In this document: one piece after another, positions 45,763 to 54,124 of the stretch
Numbering within the stretch: position 1 is the first letter of the stretch
Layout: the number at the start of each line of letters is the position of its first letter
Assembly: GCA_035510155.1 (NCBI GenBank)
Contig: DATKHR010000065.1
Location: 8,911 to 72,910 of the forward strand
Direction of reading: 5' to 3'
Length of the DNA stretch: 64,000 nt
Origin: Vicinamibacterales bacterium
GTDB lineage: Bacteria; Acidobacteriota; Vicinamibacteria; Vicinamibacterales; CAVVIG01
Translations under genes and position numbers: made by a program
The notes under the pieces: model-generated
The model's input: the letters and a program-made list of their open reading frames with translations, nothing else
Told to the model about the DNA's origin: nothing
Databases searched by the model: none

Positions 45763-46161
45763 TCAGTTCATCCACATCGCCGGCTTTGGCGCGAACATCT
45801 CATTATCCGACGGCTCACCGACCTCTTCCTGCGCCGCTTGGGCCTGGTCACCAGTCGTGTAGGTCAGAACGGGGATCGCGCGCGTGTCCTGGTCGAGCTT
45901 CAGCATCGAGAGCACTCGCAGTCCGTCAGCATCGTCGGCACTCACGCACAGGATCGCGAGGTCCGGTTGGACCCGCTTAATCTGCGAGTAGGCGTGTGCC
46001 GTCGACTCGACGAAAACGACGTCGTAGTGACCGGCGTCCAATACGGTCTCGAGCCGGGCCAGAACCTCGGCGTTGCCGTTGATGATTACGACTCTTTGCG
46101 TCGTCGTGGCCGGCGGTGCCGGCCAGGCAGCGGTTCGGACGGTGTCGGTGGCGTTGGTCAT
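45763..46161 (-). CDS. receiver-like (pseudo-receiver) domain protein
   Basis: CheY-like fold pattern RVVIINGN / DLAILCVSADDADG / PVLTYTT / APKPA. Asp12, Asp13 and Asp57 equivalents are N, G and C. Start chosen at ATG 46161 (SD GGGGAG), while the track ORF extends to 46242. Confidence 0.6.
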   Translation of the reverse strand: MTNATDTVRTAAWPAPPATTTQRVVIINGNAEVLARLETVLDAGHYDVVFVESTAHAYSQIKRVQPDLAILCVSADDADGLRVLSMLKLDQDTRAIPVLTYTTGDQAQAAQEEVGEPSDNEMFAPKPAMWMN

Positions 46162-46413
46162 CGTTGTCCGCTCCCCGGACGCCTCAATCATTTTCAGGAT
46201 CCGTGCCATGGCCGGTTCGTGTAATTGGCGGCATTTCCGCACCGTTTTTCTCCTTCGGATTTCCCTGAAATCCGGGATATCGCAGAGTTGGCCACGAAAA
46301 GTTCCACCGCAGGCGGGCCCGCAACTCGCTCTTCCTGCGGCGGTTTAACTGCTGATCACCTTATCGGCAGAAAGGCGTCCCAAAAACCGTAAGCGGCGTT
46401 CGACTAGAATTGA

Positions 46414-47622
46414 GTGTTTATGCGCAGTCCGGACAGCCGCGACATTGTCATCCTAAGCGCCCGGCGAACGCCGATTGGCAAGTACGGCGGATCGTTCCGC
46501 GATCTTCACCCGGCCGAGCTTGGCGCAGTTGCCGCGCGCGCGGCCCTGGAGCAGTCGGGCCTCGATGCTGCTGACGTCGACGAAGTCCTCGTCGGACACG
46601 GGCGGCAGGCGGGCTCCGGACCCAATCCCGCTCGACAGGTCGCTCACCGCGCAGGTGTCCCGGCGAGCGCGCCAGCCTACACCATCAACAAGGCGTGCGC
46701 GTCAGGACTGCAGGCGATCGTCTCCGGCGCGCAGTCGATCATGCTCGGGGAATCCGCTGTCGTTCTCGCAGGCGGCATCGAATCCATGAGCCGGATGCCC
46801 TACTTGATTGACGCGATGGACGGGCGGTGGGGCCACAAGATGGGAAGCTTCGCTCTCGTTGACGCAATGTACCGCGACGGCTTCCAGTGCCCGCTGTCGG
46901 GCCTGATCATGGGTGAGACCGCGGAAATACTGGCGCGGCAGTATGCGATTTCGCGCGAGGAGTCCGATTGCTTTGCGCTCGAGAGCCAGCGGAAAGCCGC
47001 CGCTGCCATCGCCGCCGGGCATTTCAGGGGCGAAATTGCGCCTGTGGCGATTGGCGGAGTCACCATCGATCGTGATGAACACCCGCGGGCCGACACCACG
47101 ATCGAGAGCTTGCGCCGGCTGCCGGTTGCGTTCGGGGATGTCGAAGGTCAGCCGGGGATCATCACCGCAGGGTCATCGTCGGGCATCACCGACGGTGGCG
47201 CCGCCGTCGTGCTCTGCGGATCTGACGTGGCCAAGGCACGCCGATTGAAGCCGCGCGCAACGCTGCTCGGCTGGGCGAGCGCAGGGGTTGACCCCCGGAT
47301 CATGGGTATTGGGCCGGTGCCCGCGATTCAAAAGCTCACCCGGCGCCTGGGGATCGGCGTGGGTGACTTCGATCTCGTCGAGCTGAACGAGGCATTTGCA
47401 CCGCAGGTCCTGGCGGTCCTCAAAGACATTCCCATCTCGGCGGGTCTGCTGAACGTGAATGGCGGCGCGATCGCGCTCGGCCACCCCGTCGGCTGTACAG
47501 GAGCGCGCATCGTCGTGACACTTCTTCATGAGCTCGAGCGTCGAGGCGCGCGGCGTGGGCTGGCCGCGTTGTGCGTCAGCGGCGGCATGGGCATGGCACT
47601 CGCGATCGAGCTGTCGGATTGA
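46414..47622 (+). CDS. acetyl-CoA C-acetyltransferase (thiolase II)
   Basis: Motifs [22 protein letters not shown] and CVSGGMGMA. The start is GTG 46414 or ATG 46420. Confidence 0.92.
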   Translation: MFMRSPDSRDIVILSARRTPIGKYGGSFRDLHPAELGAVAARAALEQSGLDAADVDEVLVGHGRQAGSGPNPARQVAHRAGVPASAPAYTINKACASGLQAIVSGAQSIMLGESAVVLAGGIESMSRMPYLIDAMDGRWGHKMGSFALVDAMYRDGFQCPLSGLIMGETAEILARQYAISREESDCFALESQRKAAAAIAAGHFRGEIAPVAIGGVTIDRDEHPRADTTIESLRRLPVAFGDVEGQPGIITAGSSSGITDGGAAVVLCGSDVAKARRLKPRATLLGWASAGVDPRIMGIGPVPAIQKLTRRLGIGVGDFDLVELNEAFAPQVLAVLKDIPISAGLLNVNGGAIALGHPVGCTGARIVVTLLHELERRGARRGLAALCVSGGMGMALAIELSD

Positions 47623-48686
47623 CGCGCATCGCTGTCATTCCTGGCGACGGGATCGGCGTCGAGGTGACCGCCGAGGCTCTCAAAGTCCTGCGCCGCGTGG
47701 GCGACGTCTTCGGCCGCCGGTTCGACGTCGAGATGCTGCCCTGGAGCGCCGACTACTATCTCGAAACAGGGGTCACCGTCCCGCCAAACGGCTACGCGAT
47801 GCTGCGGGACGATTTCGACGCGATCTTCATCGGCGCGCTCGGCGATCCGCGCGTGCCGGACAACAGACACGCGCGCGACATCCTGCTCGGCACGAGAGTC
47901 GAGCTCGATCTGTACGTCAACTATCGTCCGGTCAAGCTGCTCGACGAGCGGTTGTGTCCGCTCAAGACTCGAACGCCGGCTGACGTCAATTTCGTGGTCT
48001 TCCGCGAAAACACCGAAGGGCTCTACGTCGGTATCGGCGGCCGGTTCAAGGCGGGGACCGACGATGAGGTTGCGGTGCAGGAAGAGGTGAACACCTACAA
48101 AGGGGTACACCGGATTCTCCGGCACGCCTTCGAGTACGCGCGAGCAAACGGGCGCCGCCGAGTCTGCATGGCGGACAAGAGCAACGCGATGACCGAGGGG
48201 CACGCGCTCTGGCAGCGCGTGTTCAAAAGCGTGTCGGCCGAGTACCCGGATCGGCAATCGAGACACGTGTACATCGACGCGCTCGCCTTGTTGATGGTTC
48301 AGGACCCTTCCCAGTTCGATGTCATCGTCACGAACAACCTCTTCGGCGACATCATCACTGACCTCGGGGCGGCGCTTCAGGGCGGCCTGGGACTCGCGGC
48401 GTCCGGCAACCTGCACCCTGGCCGCACGTCGATGTTCGAGCCGGTGCACGGATCAGCCCCGCCGCTCGCGGGGAAAAACGTGGCGAACCCGATGGGCGCC
48501 ATTCTGTCGGCTGCGCTGATGCTCCAGGCGCTCGGCTTGACGCTCGAAGGCGCGTCGGTCGAGGCCGCCGTGAAGCACGCCGTCGTGAACGGCCAGGGGA
48601 CGAAAGAAATCGGCGGCACGCTCGGCACGGCCGAAACGGGCGATGCCATCGTTCGCGCGATCACGGGGGACCATAGACGGACTTAG
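47619..48686 (+). CDS. isopropylmalate/tartrate (D-malate) dehydrogenase-family oxidative decarboxylase
   Basis: TTG 47619 overlaps the thiolase stop (TTGA). Motifs RIAVIPGDGIG, NLFGDIITDLGAAL and EPVHGSAPPLAGKNVANP. The N-terminal region resembles tartrate dehydrogenases more than LeuB, judged from memory only. Confidence 0.8.
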   Translation: MTRIAVIPGDGIGVEVTAEALKVLRRVGDVFGRRFDVEMLPWSADYYLETGVTVPPNGYAMLRDDFDAIFIGALGDPRVPDNRHARDILLGTRVELDLYVNYRPVKLLDERLCPLKTRTPADVNFVVFRENTEGLYVGIGGRFKAGTDDEVAVQEEVNTYKGVHRILRHAFEYARANGRRRVCMADKSNAMTEGHALWQRVFKSVSAEYPDRQSRHVYIDALALLMVQDPSQFDVIVTNNLFGDIITDLGAALQGGLGLAASGNLHPGRTSMFEPVHGSAPPLAGKNVANPMGAILSAALMLQALGLTLEGASVEAAVKHAVVNGQGTKEIGGTLGTAETGDAIVRAITGDHRRT

Positions 48687-48704
48687 GACCAAGGACCATT
48701 TTCA

Positions 48705-49553
48705 ATGACGATCCAGACCGTCGGCGTGTTGGGTTGCGGCTTGATGGGATCGGGGATTGCCCAAGTGAGCGCGGCGGCCGGCTACCAGACGATTGTTCGC
48801 GAAGTCGACGACAGCCTGCTTGAGAAGGGGCTCGGACGGCTCAAGAAGTCGCTCGAGGACAGCGTGGCGAAAGGGCGAGCGACAGCCGAAGTCCGCGACA
48901 AGACACTTGCCAACCTGTCGGGCACCACGAAGCTCGAGGCTCTGGCAGACTGCGACCTGATCCTGGAGGCCATCGTCGAGAATCTGGAGGCTAAACAGCG
49001 CACCTACGCGGCGCTCGAGGCGATCGCGAGGAATCACACGATCTTCGCGTCAAACACGTCGTCGCTCTGCATCACCGAGCTGGCGGCCGCGACAAAACGG
49101 CCCGACCGTTTCGCCGGGCTTCACTTCTTCAATCCGGTTCCGCGCATGAAGCTCGTCGAAGTCATCCGGGCGTTGACGACCACCGATGAGACCTACCAAA
49201 TGGTGTTCGGGTTCGCCGCGTCGCTCGACAAGGAGCCGATTACGGCGCCGGACCGTCCGGGCTTCATCGTAAACCGCCTGCTCGTGCCCTACCTGCTCGA
49301 CGCGGTTCGCGCGTACGAAAACGGATTGGGCACGCTCGAGGACATCGACAAGGGCATGACCCTCGGCTGCGGCTACCCGATGGGACCGTTCACGCTGCTC
49401 GACTTCGTTGGCCTGGACACGACCTATTTCATCGCGAACATCATGTTCGATGAGTTCCGGGAGCCGGCGTACGCGCCGCCCCCGCTGCTCAAGCGGATGG
49501 TGCTGGCCGGACGCCTGGGGCGGAAGAGCGGCCACGGCTTTTACAAGTACTAA
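48705..49553 (+). CDS. hbd: 3-hydroxybutyryl-CoA (3-hydroxyacyl-CoA) dehydrogenase
   Basis: Rossmann motif VGVLGCGLMGSGIAQ, plus HFFNPVPRMKLVEV and PGFIVNRLL. Confidence 0.92.
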   Translation: MTIQTVGVLGCGLMGSGIAQVSAAAGYQTIVREVDDSLLEKGLGRLKKSLEDSVAKGRATAEVRDKTLANLSGTTKLEALADCDLILEAIVENLEAKQRTYAALEAIARNHTIFASNTSSLCITELAAATKRPDRFAGLHFFNPVPRMKLVEVIRALTTTDETYQMVFGFAASLDKEPITAPDRPGFIVNRLLVPYLLDAVRAYENGLGTLEDIDKGMTLGCGYPMGPFTLLDFVGLDTTYFIANIMFDEFREPAYAPPPLLKRMVLAGRLGRKSGHGFYKY

Positions 49554-49566
49554 CCGAGCGGAACGG

Positions 49567-50276
49567 TCAGCGCTTCGCGAGCCGCGTGCGCGCCTGCTCT
49601 TTGAATTCGTTATCCTCGGAGTCCAGTTGGGATCAGGCGGCGCGTCGAGCACCCGCTGCAGCTCGGTGCGCCCCTCCTCCTTGCGCCCGGCACCGAGCAG
49701 CACCTCGGCGAGGAAGAAGTGCGACGCCGTGCTGTTCGGGTTGTACTTCAGCGACGTGCGCAGGTGCGCTTCCGCCTCCTTGTTGCTGCCACCGAAGAGT
49801 CCTGGCACCTTGAAGTAGTAACGACCGAGCGCGCGATCCGCCGATCCTTCCATGAAGGCGGGATCGAGGCGCAGCGTCGTTTCGAGCTCCTCCTTGATCG
49901 CCTTGCGGTATTTCAGGCCCTGCCGCAGGCCAAACGATTCAGCGAACGTTCCCATATCGGCGGCCAGCCAGAAGTGTCCCTCCGGACGATTGGGCCGCAG
50001 CGCGATCGCCCTCCGGGCCGCCTCCATCCCGTTTTCCAGAAACTTGCGGCGCTCGTGTTCCGGCGCATGGCCCCCGAGCCAGTAGTCGACGCGCGCGAGC
50101 TTCCACGCGGCGTCGAAGTTTTCGCCGGGAGCCCCCTCCCCCCGGTGTGTCTCCTCAGGCGACGATGAGCGCGTGAGTTCGGCGGCCCACAGGTCTGCTG
50201 CCTTCCGCGCGCTGGCGATGTTCGCGCGATCTCGATACAGGGCGTCGGCAGTCGCGACATCCTGGGCCGCGCGCAC
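49567..50276 (-). pseudogene. TPR/TatT-like helical-repeat protein with apparent 1-nt frameshift near the 3' end
   Basis: Track ORF 49050..50438 runs ~500 nt antisense into hbd with Arg-rich junk. A 1-nt shift at CCGAG (49615-49619) yields ..DPNWTP-EDNEFKEQARTRLAKR-stop at 49567-49569. Start candidates are GVG-free: GTG 50276 or TTG 50327. Confidence 0.5.
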
Positions 50277-50304
50277 AGGCAGTGAGGGTGTCGAGATATA
50301 GAAT

Positions 50305-50913
50305 ATGAGGATGCAGGAGCTGATCAAGAAGCTGCTGGCGGAGCTCGGCGAGGACCCGGATCGTGAAGGCTTACGCGACACGCCCGCGCGCGTGGCGAAC
50401 GCGTACAAATTTCTCACCAGCGGGTATCGGGCCGACATCGATCAAGTGCTGAACAACGCTCTCTTTACCGTCGATTATAGCGAGATGGTGATCGTGAAGG
50501 ACATCGACTTCTTCAGTCTGTGCGAGCATCATCTGCTGCCATTTTTCGGGAAGTGTCACGTCGCCTACATCCCCAGCGACCGAGTGATCGGCCTCAGCAA
50601 GATCCCCCGCCTCGTCGACGTGTTCGCGCGGCGCCTGCAGGTGCAGGAGCGCCTGACCAATCAGATCGCCGACACCATCCGCGACACGATCAACCCTATC
50701 GGAGTGGCCGTGGTCATGGAGGCCGCGCACCTCTGCATGTCCATGCGCGGCGTCGAGAAGCAGAACTCGTTCGCGGTGACCAGCGCGATGCTCGGCGCGT
50801 TCCGCGAGCAGTCGCGGACACGCATGGAGTTTCTCGAGCTGATCAAGCTGCGAAACGCGGCACCCGCCCTGCGCGAGAGTCCAGCGGGGCTCGCGTGCGT
50901 CGAGGACGATTAG
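50305..50913 (+). CDS. folE: GTP cyclohydrolase I (FolE type 1)
   Basis: Motifs CEHHLLPF and PQVQERLT-like [13 protein letters not shown]. The start is ATG 50305 or ATG 50311. Confidence 0.92.
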   Translation: MRMQELIKKLLAELGEDPDREGLRDTPARVANAYKFLTSGYRADIDQVLNNALFTVDYSEMVIVKDIDFFSLCEHHLLPFFGKCHVAYIPSDRVIGLSKIPRLVDVFARRLQVQERLTNQIADTIRDTINPIGVAVVMEAAHLCMSMRGVEKQNSFAVTSAMLGAFREQSRTRMEFLELIKLRNAAPALRESPAGLACVEDD

Positions 50914-50997
50914 CTGAAAGGCAGGAAGGGCAGGAGGGGCGCGGGCGTTGTCCCACCTGACCTACCCGACCCACCTGTCCCACCCGACCTGCTTCCG
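50914..50997. repeat. purine-rich/CA-rich intergenic repeat of the same family as 27650-27780, between convergent genes
   Basis: GGCAGGAAGGGCAGGAGGGG ... CCCACCTGACCTACCCGACCCACCTGTCCCACCCGACCTGC. It contains GACCTACCCGACC (50959-50971) and the complement of AGGTGGGTCGGG (50965-50976). Confidence 0.6.
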
Positions 50998-53865
50998 TCA
51001 GAACTTGAAGTTCGCCCTCAGCACGACCGTCCGCGGCGGCAGGATGGCCGCCGGCGACATGAATTGCTGCAAGGTCTGCGTGATGCCCGTCGTCGGGTCC
51101 GTGAACTTTGCCGCCGGCGTCAGCGAGCGCGCTTGCCAGACCCAATCGGCGTTGAAGATGTTGTCGAAATCTATCGACCCCTCGAGTGAGCGGTTGTTGG
51201 CGAACTTGAACACCTTCCCGACGCGCAGGTCGAGCCGGTTCTCGAAGGGGAGACGATCGGTGCCGATCGGTTCGAGGTTGATGGTCTCCGTAAAGCCAAA
51301 GCCCACGCTGCGGGTAATCTGTCGCGTAATCGGCGGTCCGCTCAGACCGCTGTAGTTGGCGCTGGTGATGATGTCGTACCAGGGCAGCATGTAGATCCCG
51401 GTCAGCTTGAACTGGTTCGGGCGATCGGCATTGCTCGCGCCGCAGCCGCTGCAGCGGGCGTCCGGGCTGATGTTGCCTGACGCGTTGATGAGGTAGTTCG
51501 GAGACACGTCCACAGAGACGTTCGAGATCTCGTTCTTCGAGCGGGTGTACCCGGCGAGCACCGACCAGTTCTTCGTGAACCGCCGCGTGACCGTGATCTC
51601 GAGGCCCTTGTAGCTCTGCAGGACGTTCGGATCGTTGGTGATCACGGTAGAGTTCTTGTTCGAGGTCCGCTGGTAGTACTGAAAGGTGCTGTCGTCAGCC
51701 GTTCCGACCAGGCCGTCGGGACCGGGATCGATCGCCGGCGTGGGCGTTGCGGCGTACGGGTTGTCCTGGATGTACGACGCCTGCGTATTCTTCTCGCGCC
51801 GATACGTGTACACGACACTCAGCCTGGTGTTCGGCACGACTTCGTGGTCCACGCCGAAGCTGTACTCATCGGTGTAGGGGCGGCTGAAATTCGGGTCGAT
51901 CGTCGTCGTCGTCCCGGAGGTCAAGGTGCCCGCCCCAGTCTGTTCGCCCGGCTGGAACTTCAGGTCGCCGTTCGCGTCGTTCCACACGTAGGTCGTGAAG
52001 TAGTTCGAGTTCGGGTTGACGTTGCTGACGCCGCCGCCACCGGTCGACAGGATGTAGTAATAACGTCCCCAGGACGCTTTGGCCGCTGTCCTTCCATCAC
52101 CCATGACGTCGTAGACGCCGCTCACCCGGGGGCCGGCCGTGTGCCAAAGGACGACGTTGCGCACTTCCGGCCAGACGCGCTGAATCGTTGGGTAGTACGC
52201 GCTCGCCGGACTGCTCTGAGCCGGGAGGTAGCCCTCGAGCCGCTCCCACCGGAGACCCGCTGTGAGTGTGAACCGCTTGATCGAGTAGCTGTCCTGCGCG
52301 AAGAGCGCGGTGACGTTGAGCGCCGAGATGTCGATGAGCGGCGTGGCGTAGATTCTCACGCTTTGCGATTGGGGCGTTTTCGTGCTGTCGTAGAACGTCT
52401 GCACATCGTCCACGCGCGTCGTGTTGTTCTGCGTGACGGCGTGCGTGGAGTCGAAACCGAAACGAATCTCGTGGCGGCCGCCAAGCGCCTGGTCGATGTA
52501 GTACTGGCCGGTCGCGTTGGCCTGGTAGCGGTCCCGGTTGCGGATCACCTGAGAGGGGTTGTTCCCGTAAATGATGCCGGTGGCGTTGTCCGTGAGAGAC
52601 TGCTGGTTGCCGCCGTTGAAATAGGTCGGGAACAGAATCTTGTTCACACCGAACCGGGCGTCTACGAACAGGTTCTTGCCGACGACCGAGTTCCACAGCG
52701 CCTGGTAGACGTCGAACCGGTCTTCCTCGTCCACAGTGGAGTCGGTGACCGTCACCGACGCGTTGTTCAGAAGCCGGTTCGGCTTGCTGTAGCGCTGATG
52801 CGAGTAGAAGCCGGTGATCTTGTTGTTCTGATTCACCTGCCAGGTCGCGTTCACGAGGCCGGACGTGATGTTGGTCTGGTCGAGCACGACTTGCGACAAC
52901 TGCACCGGCACGTTCTGATGCACGCGCCAGTCGCGGAACGATCCGAACGCGCGCAGCTTGTTCTGGATGACCGGGCCGCCAATCGTGAAGTTCACGTCGG
53001 AGACAAAATTCGACGTATTGCTGTCCGGGCGAATGCCGTACTGCTGCAGATAAGGGTTGTGATCATTTCTGGCCTGCAGATTGTCCCCGGTCCACGTGAA
53101 GGTCGTCCCGCCGCGCCACGTATCGGCACCGGTCTTGGTCACCATGTTCAGGAAGACGCCCGAGGTCGGCACGGAGATGTCGTGCGCGCCGGTCGAAACC
53201 TGAATATCGTCGAACGCATCGAAATCGTAGTAATAACCCGCGGCGCCAATAGCTGCCGGATCCCCGACATTGATGCCGTTCAGGAACTGAGAATTCTGCG
53301 CACTCGCCGTCCCACGCGCGCTGTAGGTTCCCTGAAGCCCACCCGACGTCCCACCCACGTCAGGGCGGCTTATGACCAGGCCGGGCACCTTGGCTTCGAC
53401 GAGCGCCCAGATATCGCGGCCGCCCGGCGTTCCCTGAATGAGCTGTTCACTCAAGTTCACGCTCACGTTGGCGCTCGTCGTGTCGACCGTCGGTGACGCA
53501 CCGGCCACCGTCACGGTTTCTGCCAACGTCGCCACGGTCAGCTGCATGTCGATGGGCGTCGTCTGACCGACGAGAACCACGATGCCGTCGCGGACGACGG
53601 TCTTGAAGCCGGAGAGCTCGAGCTTGACGGAGTACGTCCCTGGGACGAGCGATGGAAACCTGTAGACCCCGACGGCGTCGGTCACGCCCGTCATCGAACT
53701 GGACACCAGCACCGGACTGCTGATGGTCACCGTGGCGCCCGGCGTCGCGGCGCCCTGCTCGTCGGTGGCCTTCACCAGGATGCTGCCGGTCTGCACCTGA
53801 GCGCTCGCCGACGTTGCGACGCCCGCGAGCGCAAGCACAGCGAGAAACCTGAGCGCGTACTGCAT
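50998..53865 (-). CDS. TonB-dependent-receptor-like outer-membrane protein with N-terminal carboxypeptidase-regulatory-like domain
   Basis: Trimmed to ATG 53865 (MQYALRFLAVLALAGVATSASAQ, SD GAGGAGG). CarboxypepD_reg-like VKATDEQGAATPGATVTISS...GVYRFPSLVPGTYSVKLELSGFK. Long beta-barrel ending in an aromatic residue (..LRANFKF). Confidence 0.85.
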   Translation of the reverse strand: MQYALRFLAVLALAGVATSASAQVQTGSILVKATDEQGAATPGATVTISSPVLVSSSMTGVTDAVGVYRFPSLVPGTYSVKLELSGFKTVVRDGIVVLVGQTTPIDMQLTVATLAETVTVAGASPTVDTTSANVSVNLSEQLIQGTPGGRDIWALVEAKVPGLVISRPDVGGTSGGLQGTYSARGTASAQNSQFLNGINVGDPAAIGAAGYYYDFDAFDDIQVSTGAHDISVPTSGVFLNMVTKTGADTWRGGTTFTWTGDNLQARNDHNPYLQQYGIRPDSNTSNFVSDVNFTIGGPVIQNKLRAFGSFRDWRVHQNVPVQLSQVVLDQTNITSGLVNATWQVNQNNKITGFYSHQRYSKPNRLLNNASVTVTDSTVDEEDRFDVYQALWNSVVGKNLFVDARFGVNKILFPTYFNGGNQQSLTDNATGIIYGNNPSQVIRNRDRYQANATGQYYIDQALGGRHEIRFGFDSTHAVTQNNTTRVDDVQTFYDSTKTPQSQSVRIYATPLIDISALNVTALFAQDSYSIKRFTLTAGLRWERLEGYLPAQSSPASAYYPTIQRVWPEVRNVVLWHTAGPRVSGVYDVMGDGRTAAKASWGRYYYILSTGGGGVSNVNPNSNYFTTYVWNDANGDLKFQPGEQTGAGTLTSGTTTTIDPNFSRPYTDEYSFGVDHEVVPNTRLSVVYTYRREKNTQASYIQDNPYAATPTPAIDPGPDGLVGTADDSTFQYYQRTSNKNSTVITNDPNVLQSYKGLEITVTRRFTKNWSVLAGYTRSKNEISNVSVDVSPNYLINASGNISPDARCSGCGASNADRPNQFKLTGIYMLPWYDIITSANYSGLSGPPITRQITRSVGFGFTETINLEPIGTDRLPFENRLDLRVGKVFKFANNRSLEGSIDFDNIFNADWVWQARSLTPAAKFTDPTTGITQTLQQFMSPAAILPPRTVVLRANFKF

Positions 53866-54089
53866 GCGATACCTCCTCAAAACAGCGTTGTTTCGAGATA
53901 CCCGCAAGAGTTCTAACAGGTTCTGGCAGGCGGAACAACGAGGACGAGCGGACATTTCACGAGAATTTCAACGATCCGAGAGGCGACGTACGGAAACTTG
54001 AATCGAATTGCCTCGATTCAGACAGGAATGTGCCTCATCCGGGCAAATCTGACGAGAATGTCGTCACAATGAGGCGGATGATTTCTCGC

Positions 54090-54095
54090 TATACT
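54090..54095 (+). promoter_or_regulatory. -10 box candidate (GCTATACT) for the S9 peptidase operon
   Basis: CTCGCTATACTCC lies 30 nt upstream of ATG 54125, followed by SD GGAGG. Confidence 0.3.
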
Positions 54096-54124
54096 CCGGC
54101 CCATCCATCGCGGAGGCACGAAAC

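Noticed and set aside
49050-49566. 3' part of the 462-aa ORF 49050..50438
   Set aside because: It is antisense to hbd and junk-like. It is interpreted as read-through caused by a frameshift (see the finding) rather than real coding sequence.
51844-53496. 550-aa plus-strand ORF. The same reasoning applies to 57677..58858 (393 aa), 59279..59998 and 61314..63227 (637 aa).
   Set aside because: All are antisense to the two OMP genes and the radical-SAM gene, and all are Arg/Val/Asp-rich antisense-type sequence.
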